64,000 bases of DNA from Paraspadella gotoi (GCA_051294375.1 CM119270.1:14053316-14117315); one strand, 5' to 3'. Shown: positions 1-14,148, counted from the stretch's first letter. Program-made: numbers and translations. The notes: generated by a model not told the origin, from the letters alone.

Positions 1-681
1 CATTTCACTAAAATTATAAGAAATAGATGATCCAATAAGAAAATACAGTTAGTCGGACGAACAGCGCGGACAAAAAAGTCACGAACAGATACTAACATCA
101 TGATAGCATCCTTGGAACAAACAGTCCTGACGGTCGGCATATCACAGATCAATTCAGCGCTTGTGTCCAGTACATAGACAGACGGTCGAGAGTACTGCAC
201 CAAGATATGATAGATTAACAGCAGACATAGCGTCAGCCTCTTAAAGACAGACAGGACAGAACGCAGAACGCAAAGAGACCACAAACAGCGAGGGACGAGT
301 GTCTCTCGCAAAGGAAGAGGAGGAGTTAACGCAGATGAAGAGGCGAAGGTGAAGGAACGGGTGCGCCGACTGTCCGTAAAAGTGGTGGGGGGAGGTGTAA
401 GGTGGACTGAGAGGGAGGTGGAGGAGGGGAGGCGAATGAGGGAAATAAGAGAAGAACCATGCTTCTCGCTGTCTATCTTTCGTATTCCCGGCGCGGCGCG
501 CAAGCAATAGCATCCAATAGCACTCCATAGGCCACCCCATGAGAAACAAATGGTTTTCCGCGCCGATGAATGTGGCGTCTACTTTCTTCAGCGTCGTCGC
601 GCGCGACAATAGTCTTTTTTTTTTCTTTTATTGTCATTTTTTGTTGTATCATTATAGGTCTGTCTCTCTCTCGTCTCTCAC

Positions 682-740
<59 letters not shown>

Positions 741-1244
741 CTGCTAAAAACCCGTAAGCGCGAAATTTTCTGCTCTCGCTCGTCTCTCCATAGAACGAGA
801 AGTGACTATTTGTCGAGCGGAAAGCTAGCTAAAAAGCCCGTTTTTCTCTCAGCTGCTGTTGTCGAGTCTTTGTTCAAGCTTTTAATAATTGAGTTGAGTT
901 TTCTTGCCTAATAACATCATTAATTAGTACTAAACCGAATGTGTCTTGTGCGCGTTATGAGTGAACGCGGTAATAAATGGTTTGCTGATGCTTATTGAGA
1001 AAAAACAAGAAAATTTTTGGGTAGGTGTAAGTTAGGAAGAGATGAAGAGCCTAATCTCCTCGTATGTATATTATGAATGGTCCGGTCGCCTATGTCTATA
1101 TATTGAAATTATCAAATAATCTATAATATAATTACTAGATAGAAATTTGAGACCGTACGTCATGTCGAATTTGGACATCCCCTGCTGGTGAAGGGAAGAA
1201 ACATTCTTGTGAAATCCTCATTTGCTTCTTTCTCAATACAAGAG

Positions 1245-1277
<33 letters not shown>

Positions 1278-1414
1278 GGGAATGAGAGAGAGGGAGAGCA
1301 TCGACGGAGAGAGAGAGAGGAGAGATGAGAGAAGAGAGACGATACCGCAGGCGCAAAACGGGTGAGGAAACTTACGTCATTTACAGAAGCGGCGCAAAAA
1401 CGAAAACGATAAAG

Positions 1415-1457
<43 letters not shown>

Positions 1458-1470
1458 GAGAGAGAGATAT

Positions 1471-1505
<35 letters not shown>

Positions 1506-2519
1506 GGCAAATGGAGATCCAACGAGTTTTCTGTCGTCTTCTTGCTCGTTGATTACGTCATTCTTACCCAACCCGATTTCGTTCGCCGAACGTCTGGTCC
1601 GCATGTTTCTCGGTTCGGCGTACGAGGCGAGTGGAAGGGGTGTGTTTTAGTCCTCAGTGGGGTGAGGTAGATGGCGCAGTACGTTGAGGTTTTGGAGGAA
1701 GAAGCTTGGACTGCGGTCGCGTTTGAACAGAGGAGTTGGATGGTCATCACGTGATTTACGACGAAGAGTGAAGACGGAGTGATGCTTTGGCCAAGCGAAG
1801 AAGGCGAGCTCTGCCTGAAATTGTCACCGAGGATTAAACATCTGAACGTTTTTAGTAAGCATTTCTAAACCAAAATACCAATGTTGTTAGTTCGTACGTA
1901 TATGCACAACCTATAGGGATTCAATGGGGCGGATGTATTCAATAATTAAATTCGGTTTGGAGAACGCGAGTACTTATCTTCATCTAGGTTAAAAAAAGCG
2001 CTCGCGTATAATCAAGGAACAAGATGAAGTTAATAACTTAAGAGATTGAGAAACGATTAAGTAATCGTTTACCGGTCTACATGGTTGACACTGACAGTTG
2101 ATCAGACCAAAAAAATAGAAAACGATAGACATTAAGCAGTAACCAATGAAAGAAAGTAGAATTCATGTAAGATAAAACAAACAACGAAATCCTTTTTTAA
2201 GCAAGAAACAGAAAAGAAAAGCTCAAGACTTTACCCAGGTAAAAAAGTAAAAAAAAAGTAAAAAAAGAAGAAGAAGCATTTAACGAAAAATAAACCAAAG
2301 AAACAAATGACGGAACCGCGAAACATTTTTGGATCTGCGTTTCTCAAACGAGGAACGCGGGAAACGCAGAACAGAGAGAAAAGCAGAAGGGGGGGGGAAG
2401 TGTGATAAGAGAACTCATTAAGTTAAAGAGGTTCCTCGATGGCTTCAGGAGGAACTGAGAAGAGAGAGAGAAGAGACAGGAGTGAGAGAGAGGAGAGATG
2501 AGATGAGAGAGAAGAAGAG

Positions 2520-2557
<38 letters not shown>

Positions 2558-2560
2558 GAC

Positions 2561-2601
<41 letters not shown>

Positions 2602-2892
2602 AGAGAGGAGAGAGAAGAGATGAGAGAGAGATGAAGGCAACATGAACATTAAAGAGAGAGACGAGCACGTCCGAAAATGGAGGTAAGGATAAGAGAGTGA
2701 GAAATTGACGGGACCAGATAAAGAGGAAAGAGAGGAAAGGATAGAAAGACGACTTACTACTTTTCTTCTTTTTTCTTTATTCACATTGTACATTGTAACA
2801 TTGTACAATCTACGTTTTGAACTTGAATCTACGTTCTAAAATTCAAAATCCATATTGCGATAATCCTTTCTTTTTTCGTTGTTTATCGGTTA

Positions 2893-3039
2893 TTAGAGTA
2901 GAGGCAAAGAAAATTTTGAATTTTAACATCGATTTTTTATTGATAGTTGGACATGTTTCGGTCTTGCTTTACTTCAAGCCTTCATCAGCGATATAAATAT
3001 CAGTTGTTAAGAAATTCAAAATTCTTTGCTCTCTGCTAA
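2893..3039 (-). ncRNA. Degenerate minimal type I hammerhead ribozyme motif (Penelope-like) inside a ~47-bp-arm inverted repeat
   Basis: Minus strand 2988->2950 reads CTGATGA-A-GGCTTG-aagtaaag-CAAGACC-GAAA-CATG-TC. The core is intact, stem II has one bulge, and stem III is the palindromic ACATGT. Proximal stem I is poorly paired. Outer arms 2893-2940 and 2993-3039 are imperfect reverse complements. Confidence 0.5.
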
Positions 3040-6000
3040 CATCATATTTAAAAAAAAATTACATTTTGAAGCATTAAGAAATAAATTTGTTCATTAAACA
3101 TGTCTCTAAGATTAACTCAACTTTATTCTACAAGACCGGCAGCATACATTTAACAATTCATCATTCCACTTCAGTAAACATTAATTTTTTCGTGAAATAG
3201 TATTAGCAATGTACTGCTTTTAAACTTGTTTCGTTGCATTTACAGATAGAAAGTCTTATGTTCCGATCTTTTTTCTCCTCCTCTTTCCTGCCCCATTCTC
3301 CTCCTCCTCCTCTTCCTTGCCTCCTCTTCGCTCCTCTGCTCATCCTGCAGGCTCTTCCTCTCGGTCCTTTTCCGCCGCTCATCCGCTCAGCTTTCGGTTT
3401 CTCGCCGGAAGAAATCTTCGATAGCATGGAAAATGGAGATAAGAAGCGATTCCATTTGATTCCATTCCGATTCCATTTGATTCATGGATTCCATTCTGAT
3501 TGCCGATTCAAAAAAAATGATTAAATGAATTTCATACTTCCGTTGCATATCTCAGTGACTCCTCGCATGCCTTTTTTTCTCCCTGCTCTTTCTCTTCTCT
3601 CTCTCTCTCTCTTCTTTCTCGTCTCTCCTCTCTCATGTACTCTCCTACCATCTCTCTCTCCTCTCGTCTCTCTTCTCCTCGCCTCTCTCTTTTCGGCGGA
3701 CCCTGCTGTCCGGTCTTTTTTGTTGCGTCGTCACTTACGGTTGTTGGTCTGGTCCTCTTCTCTCTCCCCGTCGTATCACCTCGGCTGACTTCTCTCTCGT
3801 CTTTCTCTCGCCTTTCTTTCCTCTTCTAGCTCTCTTCCTTTCATCCTCGTCTCTTCTACGTCATCACACTTACTAACTCCTCTGGCCTCTCATCACGTAC
3901 ACTGTCGTAGTTGCGCGGTCCGACAACTCAGTGGTCGTCCCTGGGATGTGGTTTCTGGTGCAGTGGGCGGATTTCTCGTCTTTTTCTCTTCTCCTATCTT
4001 TTCGCGCCCTCTGAACTCTCACTCTTTCTCCTTCTCTTATCTTCTCTGCGTATTCGTTTGCCTTTTCCTGCCTCTCTCTCCCCCATTTTATTTCTTGCGC
4101 CTCCTTTTTTTTCGATTTTTTCTAACTTTATTTTCTTCTTTTTTCTCTTTATTTTCGTGACGATCCTTGCTATGTTGTTCCAAATTGACATATTTCTTTA
4201 TTTTTTCTCGTGCCTCCTTTTCTCCTTTTAATGTAGCCCTCTTTTAAGATATTTAACTTCTCATTTTCATCTCAATATCACTTTAAAGTTTTTTTTTCTT
4301 CCCTTCTTAATGTAAAGCCTCCTTTAATATTTTAAAACCGTCATTTTCTTCTCATTTAACTTTAAAGGTTTCTCAGTCCTTAATAGCCGTTTCTTGTTCC
4401 TTTTATATTCTCCTTTTCCTTCTTAAACCTTCCTTCCTTAACTACCTGTTTGCTTCGCTTACTCCGTCATCTCCGCTTTGTTTCGTTCTTTATTCCCATT
4501 TCTCTCCTTATTCTATTTCTACTAAATCGTCCTATTCTCTTTATGTCGGGATCATTCCTTATCCATCTTATCCCTCTGAAACGCGTAGTTTGCTTTCCTT
4601 TCCTCCCTTCCTTTCCTTCTTTCCTCCTTTCCTTTGTTTCTTCCTTTTTCTCCTATTCTCTCTTTTTCCTACCGCTCTCCTAAGATCGTCCTCAGCATTT
4701 TCTCCTCCGTTCCTCGCAGGTCCCCTTTCCTGCTCCTCCTCTCTCTTCTCTCCTCCCTCCTCCTCCTTTCCCAATTGAGAGTGAAATGGGAGCAACAGCG
4801 GTTTGTGCCTTTCCGCATTGAACAATTCGTTCTTATTATCAATTTACATCTCGGTGCGGCTGTAGGGAAAATGTTCCAGGAAGGTTGATAGGAGTAGAAA
4901 AGAAAATTGTCGGGTTACTTTTATATCCTGTGGATAATACTGCTAGGGTTCGGTAAATTGGTTTGGTATTATTTAAAAGGAAAAGAAAATGAGAAGAAAG
5001 GAGAATGAGAATAGAGAAAGATAGATAAGAAAAGAAGAGGAAAAGCAGAAGAAGCAAAGAAAGAAAGAAGAAAGCCAAAGGAAGAAAAGAAAGAAAGAAG
5101 AGAAGAAGTAGAACAAGAAAGAAAGAAAAGAAAAAGAAAAGGAAAGAAAGATAGAAAGAAAGAAAGAGAGAAAGAAAGAAAGAGAGAAGAAAGATAAGGA
5201 AAGAAAGAAAGAAAGAAGCAAAGAAAGAAAAGAAAAAAACTAAAAAAGAATAAGTATATAAAAGGGCCCAGATGATGATAATAAATTAAATTCCGATAAA
5301 ATAATAAAATCAAACCGAAGATTCAAACCGGAAATTCCGCAGCATACGATAAATCGCATTCGGATCCGCTATGCAGTGGTGTGCCGAGTCGTCGTCCGTT
5401 CGTCTCTGTTCATATCCGTTTCTCCCTAAAACTCCGATTCCAAGAAAAAAATCAGGTGGATCCACGACGACGACACGCTCGGACGACGACGCGACGACGA
5501 CGACGAGCCGACTGAGACACTGGAAGACGATCTTGGGATAATGTGGCGTTTTTTAAAAAAGTCTCTAGGTGTCGGTGAAATCGACTAAAAAGCAGACGAC
5601 GACGACGACACGACGACGACGATGACTTTTGAAGAAGTGATCACAATCAAAGCGATAAACGTTGATAAACGGAGGATTATGATGAGACTTGAGGAAAAGG
5701 ACGAATGACTTTACGATCGAACGACGACGACGACGACCACGACGAGTCCGTAACAAAGATGCGTCAGTGATCACGATGGAAACCGTTAACAGAGATAGTA
5801 GTCGCGATGTGGCGACGTCGATATAACCGGACGATGTTAATAACGTGACGCTCGGCTGCGCGCGATAAACTCCGTTAAAGCATATCAGGGTGTTTTCTTT
5901 TAGTGGATGGGGCGAAAGAGGACGGAGCGGTCAATGGCTAAACCGTTCCCTTTTTAATGGTCTCTTCGTTAAAAATTGGGCGGCAATCTTTGTATGGTCA

Positions 6001-7914
6001 ACAACAACGGGTTTGTTTCTTTATTTTACTTATTGTCGGTCTCGTTTTCTTTGTTTTCCGTGTTTGTTTGAGAATTGTTATCTTTCTGCTCTCTCTCAGG
6101 CAGATTGTTTCTCATGGAATATTGGAGTTAATAGATTTAGTTGGATAAAAATTTAACCTATTTTTTCCGTATCAAAACATTGAATCTGGAATTTAAGTTA
6201 TTTAATGGATTCGAGAATGAACTTACTCCTCGATGGAAGAAGTGGAAATCGTTCCTTTTTCTTCTGCTTCGGTACTCGAACTTTTTTTTGGCCTCGAAAA
6301 TATCCAATGGTGAAGGCTTCAGGTCCACAGATTCATAGGCGATGAAGAGTCTGAAGAATTTCGGTTGTGAATTTCTCGATGTCTATTGTGTGAAATCTTT
6401 GGACGTTGTTGGCGCTGTCGTCGCTCATAATTTGACCATTATTTTGTTATTTCTCTGGTTATTCTTTTTAAGCAAGCTTTGGTTTTCCGGTGAATTTCTT
6501 TGGCAAATAAAAACGTACAGTTAGAGAAATATGAGAATTTAGATTTGCTGAAATAAAATTTTTATCGTATCGTGACATTAATTAATTTACCATTTTAAAT
6601 TATTCAATCAAGATATATAAAATTTAAAATTTAACCAAAAGGTTATGTTGGAAGAGTGGGTTCAAACGCCGACAGATATTTGCCGACTCTTATTTAAGAA
6701 AATTCCCGCGTGTTGGGAGAAAAAAAAAACAATTTTTTTAAGTAGTATCTTGTAATCTCCATGACCTTGAGCTTTGGACGAGTGATCTCCTTATTTCGAG
6801 ACCTTTTCGCGAGTGGGAGAGAGAGAAGGAGCGAGATGAGAGAAGGAGGGGAAGAAGACGGAGATGAGAGGAGAAGAGAGAGAGGATTGAGAGGGGGAAG
6901 AGAGAGAGAAGAGAGAGGGTAGAGAGAGAGAGAGAGAAGTGACAGGAGAGACCCAAGGACGCCACCGTGCGAGATGAGATGTAAGGAGAGAGAAGAAGAG
7001 AATGAAGAAGGAAGGAACAGCCCCTCAAAGACAGCCACCTCGACTGACGAGTAAGTCCAGGAGGGTCTTTTAGTCGGATAAGAGAGAAAGGTGCCGTTTT
7101 TCAAGATAAGAGAAAAACGCGCCTTTTTAAAACGTTTCCCAAAAGATAAGGTATAGAAGAATATTTGGTTGGAAAAGTCACCGGTCTTTGCCTCTAAAAT
7201 TTCCATTTTTAGATATAGAACTCACACAAGTGAATATCCATTCGTGCCCCATTTTTATTGCATCTTCCATCTTCTCTTCCTTTTATGACTCATTTCATTT
7301 TCTTCATTCACATCAACCATTTTTCATTTTCCCGTCCATTCTGCGACTTCGAGATGCTCCGATGCACTAATGCTCTAAACGTTCTATTATTTAACGTATA
7401 TACTCTGGTTTATTCACTGAGGGCTTTTACCAAAACCGGTTTGACTAAACCCAATGTTTACACAACCAGAATCGACGATCACAATTCTCGATCTTCGCTT
7501 TTTTATTTTCCTCAAATCAAATTCGATATTTGAATATTTAAATTTGAATTTCGCCGCGCATTTATGTATTTTACTCTCGACGGCGATCAGTTGGGTTAAT
7601 CAATAGACTTTTCAAAAAATTTATGTAAAATACTAAAGCAATTTTTTTCCCCAATATCTTACGATCACCATTATTATTTTAACATTGACCTAACTCAATC
7701 CGTAGACTATATGACTACATGACTTATCTTTTTAAAGGGTATTAAAATTTAAAGAAATTCAGATATAAAAAAAAATCAGAGATAAAAAAGTTTTAAAACA
7801 CAATATCCTCTAAAAAAATACTAAAGCGCGAAGTAAGTTTCGGTGGAACTGAGTCAAAGTTGAGTTGGAACTTTTTTATCGCAATTTTGAGAGATAAGAG
7901 GTGAGTTGACTTGA

Positions 7915-7972
<58 letters not shown>
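7915..7972. repeat. (GTC)n microsatellite, representative of many GAC/GTC runs in the window
   Basis: About 19 perfect GTC units. Confidence 0.9.
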
Positions 7973-7974
<2 letters not shown>

Positions 7975-9650
7975 GCGTTTGAGTCTTTTTGAGGTTCGTC
8001 GCCGACTTTGTCTCCGATAACGAAAAAGCTGAAGTCACGATCACCAAAGTAGTAATTTAAATCACCAGTCAATGAAATCCATTGTCACAGAGATTAAAAT
8101 ACTCTTTTTGTGCCAAGCACTTTCTAGTTTCTACAATTTCAGTGTTCGCCAAAAAAAAACTACGTAGAAATACATTTTGAGGAGAGCCGCTATTTGTGTC
8201 AGCGTTATGTACTTTTTGGGAACCTTAGTCAACAGAATCAGTAGTCACGGTATTTATCTCCGTTAACTCGTCAAGATCACCAGTCATCGAGTTCACTTGA
8301 ATCTCTCAATTCGCCTAAACCAACCAAATCACCCGAGTCACCCGATTAATCCCGATAGCACCAGTCACCTGAGAAATCCAAACAGGCGGAATCACGAATC
8401 ACGAATCACGATTCTCGATCGTCGATAAGACGAGAAATTTGGTCTCCCTATCTTCCTATTTTATATTTTAGCGAAGAAAAAAAATGGAAAAAAATCGACC
8501 AAATTTGGTTTTAAAACTTTAAAACTGAAAATAAAACAATGCGAAAAAGTTTAACAAAAATCGGGCTGATAAAAATAACACGTTGGAGCTTGAAAATTTG
8601 CTTGGAATACACTTGACCTGTTTTCGTGGAACACCGAAGGTTTGAGGTAAAGGAAATTAGTTGAATCAGGCGGGAACTAAGGTTCATCTTGTACAAAATT
8701 CATTTAGAGTCGTAAAATATATTTTGCGTTAGACTTTGCATGGTTAGATACTCGCCAGTCAATATATAAATGTGGCTCATAATTTTTGATAACTTACAAC
8801 ATGTAATCTATCGCTTACTGCTATAATATGATGGAGGCCTTAAACCACCAAAGCCTGTCCAAAGTCAGGGGCAAGATAGCTTATTTATTAAATGAATGGA
8901 TAATTTTTGTATTGGTTGTACCAATTTCATGAAATATATACTCATTATTATTTTATTTACATTTTACATTTTTAATTAAAATTGACTCATTGTTCCGAAA
9001 GCCTCGAGTTTTGACGTCATAAAAGTAAACAAGAATCGGAAATTAAGACGCAAAACGAGTTTAGGTGGATAATCTGCCTTTGATCGGACGAGCGTCGTAA
9101 GGAGGGGCGCGAGTTAAAATGAACGTACTGTGCGACAGCAAGGACGTACTGACTTAACCAGTATAGATTCACGGACAATCAAAAACGATTCTCTCCGAAT
9201 TAATAGTTAGTTAACTATAATTATAGTGAGACGACTTTGTCCACCATAATAGTTTATATATCTAAGGCATATAATGAAGAAAACTTTTAAAAAACGGATT
9301 TTTAGATCATTCTGTTATGATTTTAAGTCTCTGATAAAAGAACGAATAAAACAGAAATAAAAATCGGATAAAACGACGATTTTTCAGGCTGAGAGATATG
9401 AGATGAATCGACCCCTCGTTGGGCTTTTCTCAGCCCGTTCCAGCCCCAAAAACAGAATAAAAGAGAGGTTGACCCCGCGAGGAATCAATTTGGAGGTCGG
9501 CAATGACCCGGGATCGAACTCCCCCCCCCCTTGGTGGTTGCAAATCTCCATCGCGGATTCCCTCTCACGAAAAACAAAAGACGCCGGCGAATCGGCCATT
9601 TACGGGAAGAGTGTGAAAGAAAAAGAAAAACGAAAAAAATAATAGGCGGA

Positions 9651-9692
<42 letters not shown>

Positions 9693-10031
9693 CGAGAGAG
9701 AGACGAGATAGAGAGAGAGAGGAATTAGAGAATTGGCATCTAGGTAACGTGAGCTCAGCTTATTACTGTCCTTAGTCTTTTAATGCCTCTCTGAACGGCC
9801 TTTTCTGAATTTTTAAACTATTTCTAAAAGAGGGGATGGGTGCTCTGTCTCTCTTTCTCTCTCTCTTCTCTCACCTCTCCTCCTCTCTTCTTCTCTCTCT
9901 CTCCGGTCTCTCTTCTCGTCTCTCTTCATCGTCTCATCAAATCGCGATAAGGTCGTCCGAGGTGAGAATATCATCGTCAATTTCTCAATTCATTTGATCA
10001 ATCGATTCTTTAATCTCCGACAGTTATCTCT

Positions 10032-10069
<38 letters not shown>

Positions 10070-10203
10070 CTTCTCTCTCTCTCTCTCTCTGCACGTGCGA
10101 AGTCACATGACTCGTCATTCTTGACCACGTGACCCCGAAAGTCCCGGTTCTGTTTCCGAATTCAATTCCGAATTATTCCGTTTCTTTAAAAGGAGTGGCA
10201 ACT

Positions 10204-10239
<36 letters not shown>

Positions 10240-11222
10240 TGAGAAGAGAGAGAGAGAGAAGAGAGAGAGAGGAAGAGAGGAGAGGAAGAGAGAAGAGAGA
10301 GATTCTTCCTGGAGGGCAAGGAGGCAGTCATTCCTAGTGGATGAAGAAAAATTATGAGTTTCTCTCGAACTCGAAAATTTTCTGCAGGCGAAGAAAAAAT
10401 TCAGTCTTTGACGACTCAATCTGGAATTTCGATTGTTAAAAATCTATTTACATCACACAGTAATGTAAAATTGTAAAATATTTACAGATTACAATTTTCA
10501 AATATTTAACTCATACAAAAACTTGCAATTTTCCCCTACTTACAGCATGCCACAGATTTCACTGCACAATTTACTGTTTATAGCTACATGTAACTTACTC
10601 TCACTATGATTTTCACTTTAATACCGGAGACTTACTCATTCTTAACTTTGATAAAACTGAGTAAAATCTTTAATTCAACTTTTTGACAAAAAGAGTTACC
10701 CCTTTTTCCCTTTTTTTCATTTAGTTCCATTTTCTGTATTCATCTCGCTCTCTCTCTATCTCTCTCTGCCTCNNNNNNNNNNNNNNNNNNNNNNNNNNNN
10801 NNNNNNNNNNNNNNNNNNNNNNNNNNNNNNNNNNNNNNNNNNNNNNNNNNNNNNNNNNNNNNNNNNNNNNNNNNNNNNNNNNNNNNNNNNNNNNNNNNNN
10901 NNNNNNNNNNNNNNNNNNNNNNNNNNNNNNNNNNTTTTTTTCTTCTTTCTTTCCCTCGCCACGGCAACGCGCGTCGGAGGCCATTTGGACGCGGACATGC
11001 AAATTAGATCCAATGCACACCTGCGGTGACGATGAGGAAGAGGAAGAGGAAGAGGAAGAGGAGGAGGAGGAGGGGAAGCGAAAGAGGAGGAGGGGAGGCC
11101 AGCTGAGGGTGGTTTTAGCCGACGTTCACCTGGTCGCAAATCGCCTCCTTTGAAAACATGACAAACGAGTCCGAGGGAAAGAGAAAGTCAGAGAGAGGGA
11201 GAGAGATGGAGAATGAGAAGAG

Positions 11223-11266
<44 letters not shown>

Positions 11267-11789
11267 GTTAGCTCCATCGAGTTTTTAGCCTAGACGCTCC
11301 CAGTAAGTTTATTAAGCGTTAAGTATGAATTACTCGCGACGAGATTGGGGACACTCTACGCATCTTGGATTACTCCGCAAATGGTATGATTTTAAAAATA
11401 AGAATTTAACCAGAAAATTAATTTAAATTTAACGCAATGGCAGGTAATAATTAATAAAAAATTTACAGTAACTTATTTGATTAATAACGACTAACTGATT
11501 AATACGTTATCGAATTTATTATTATTATAATATTATTTAATAATATGAAAAAAAGCGCCAAGAATGGGACCAATGTTTAAAGTTTTTGCAAAAAAAAAAA
11601 ATATTCGTCGCTCTGATGTACAAGTAAGTCAGATATCTTAAGTTTAAAAATATTGAATTCGTTGCCAATTTTACATTTTATTCTTTAGTCTTTTCCTTCC
11701 CTTTTTGCCTTTTTTTTTTGAAGAGTAACCCTTTGTGATCATCGATGTGTGACTTTCATTCGATCCCGAATTGTTTTCATTTCATTTCA

Positions 11790-11928
11790 TCGATGGTGGC
11801 TTGAGATTATTCGATGGTGGTTAAAGATTTATTCGAGGGTGGTTAAAGATTATTCGATGGTGGTTAAAGATTATTCGATGGTGGTTAAAGATTATTCTAT
11901 GGTGGTTAAAGATTATTCGATGGTGGTT
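11790..11928. repeat. 21-bp minisatellite GATTATTCGATGGTGGTTAAA, about 6.5 units
   Basis: Tandem units visible directly, translating as (KDYSMVV)n in the ORF track. Confidence 0.88.
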
Positions 11929-12619
11929 CGCGATCATTGCAGATTTTTCCCGCGATTATCCGACGAAGGATGAATTCGATGAACGAAAAAAAGATGGAAA
12001 GTCCTTCGAGGTTGCTGACGTTGTTTGCTGAGAACCTCAGGATTCGCCGCGAACTCGTACTCAAGACTTTTTTCGGTCAAACTNNNNNNNNNNAACCTCA
12101 GGATTCGCCACGAACTCGTACTCAAGACTTTTTTTCGGTCAAACTCATTCCCAATCGGAAGCGACCCTTTGGAACAGGTGGCCGGGATTATGGCCGCTTG
12201 AAATCTGGGCATTGGCCACTCGGCCTTTCTTAGTCGCGATGCGAGACTCAGTTTGGGATTGGAGATTTGTTCTTTTTCATTGTAACAAGTTTGAGCAAAC
12301 AATGTCGGTCCTGCCCACAATCATTATCGGTAATTAATTAATTAATTAATAATTAAATAATTAATTAGGCAATTAATTAATTAATTTGATCCCAAATGTT
12401 TGTTTTTAGGTCTTTTTGTCACTAACCATGACAAAAGCAATGACGACGATGAGAATAATTCCATTAACGATTGACCTGATTTATTGACTGATTAATTATT
12501 GATTATTTAATTTACTAATTGATTAATTAACTGATTAATTATTTGATTAATTAATACTTCTTGCATTTACATTTAAACTCATTTCCACTCTAACGATTCC
12601 ATCGAAACTTGATTTCCAG

Positions 12620-12893
12620 CTTAGTTACACACTTTCCTACTCACACACAAAATTTCATTCCAATCCATCCATCCAATCACGAGTAATAGGAGTTTTTTGC
12701 CAAGGTGGGACGGACGGACAGACAGACAGACGGACGGACAAACGGATGGACGGACATAAATTTTTTTGCATAATTTATCATAATTCGATGTTCTGACATA
12801 ATATAAGTGAGTGCCCAACAAGATTGAGGACCGACGGACTGACAAAGTGAATTATAGAGTCGGGATCTGCTGATAAGCAGATCCGACTAAAAA
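12620..12893 (-). mobile_element. 5' end of a non-autonomous Helentron / DINE-1 / Pearl-like element (truncated)
   Basis: Minus strand begins TTTTT-AGTCGGATCTGCT-tatc-AGCAGATCCCGACT (a subterminal inverted repeat next to a T-run). It is followed by a GTCY tetranucleotide microsatellite (gtccgtccgtctgtctgtctgtccgtccgtcc). This is the known layout of DINE-1/HINE elements. Confidence 0.6.
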
Positions 12894-13839
12894 CATTTTT
12901 TTCTTGTATTTAATTTTTGAAATTTGTGTAAAAGGTACCAAGCATGGAAGTACTCGCTACCAGGTTTAAACTATACATGTTGAACTATACAGGTTTGAAG
13001 TATACAAACTAACATCATTTAAAAGAGATACGCTTCGATGAAGAATCGAACTTACCAAACCCGACAATTACCGCCAATAACGACCTTACTCTTCGCCAGC
13101 GACTGGATCTTTTCTGTCAAAATCGAGGAGCCACACGCGAAATCCCGAGGGGGATCCAGATTTGTCTCAAGGTGTTGATGTCTCAGTTTCGAGTCATAAA
13201 TCCCAGAAACGATTCTCGTCTTTTCCCTTCGATCGTTCGCTAACGCGAAACTCAAGTCTCTTTCCCCTTTCGGAGTTGCGATCTGGGGGACCTCCCAGGA
13301 CCGTGGTCCTCCCATGAACAGAGTCCTCGACCCTTATTAGTCCCCGAGACTCCAATACCTAGCCTTCTAATCCCCAATACGTTATGTTCTCAACCCTCCT
13401 ACTACTGTAGGTATATCCCAAACCTCCAAATCTTAACCCTTCTCGTCGAGGCCCTTTAAATCTTAACCTATCGAGTCCCCAACCTACACATCTCAGACTT
13501 TTCGAGACCCTTCAAGTCCCCGACCCTCTGAGACCCCGATTCTTCTCCCGACGAAAGTACTGGTTTTGGGCACTCTTCCATCCCGTCTCTCGAGTGTCGA
13601 GTCTTGGAACCTCTTTACTCTTTAGTCTTCAAGCTCGTGACTCTTACGCGCTCATTTGAATAATCGCGCCTCTTTAGAGGCCCGGGACCCTCATCAACGG
13701 CCCGGGCTCTCATCAAAGCAACGGCTCTGATGGTTGTCTTCTGCACCGCGCCGATTTTTTGGAGAAAATTTAGGAGGCATTTCGTGGAAAATGGTTTCTT
13801 CCTATTTCAGACGGGCACGATTCGCATCCGTTTAAGGTT

Positions 13840-13895
13840 GTAACTATTTTAAGTTTTAACTATTTTAAGTTTTAACTATTTTAAGTTTTAACTAA
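13840..13895. repeat. 17-bp AT-rich tandem repeat (TAACTATTTTAAGTTT-T) x3
   Basis: taactattttaagttt repeated three times. Confidence 0.75.
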
Positions 13896-14148
13896 CCTAA
13901 ATTCGAGCGGTTAAACCCCGTTTGTTTAAATTGGTTAAACAAGGGCCACGTTTCTTTTTTCATTATTGCCCACCGCTGAAACTGAGTTTGCGTACCTCTT
14001 CAACGTCGCTAAGTAAGCAACACACTACTGCACCCTCCGACACAACCGAGACGAAACACTCTGTTTGATATGTTGTTTGCAGTTCTTTCATCCCACTTTC
14101 GGGGCAAGGGGAATCGAGAACGGTCTCTCTCTCTCTCTCTCTCCTCTA

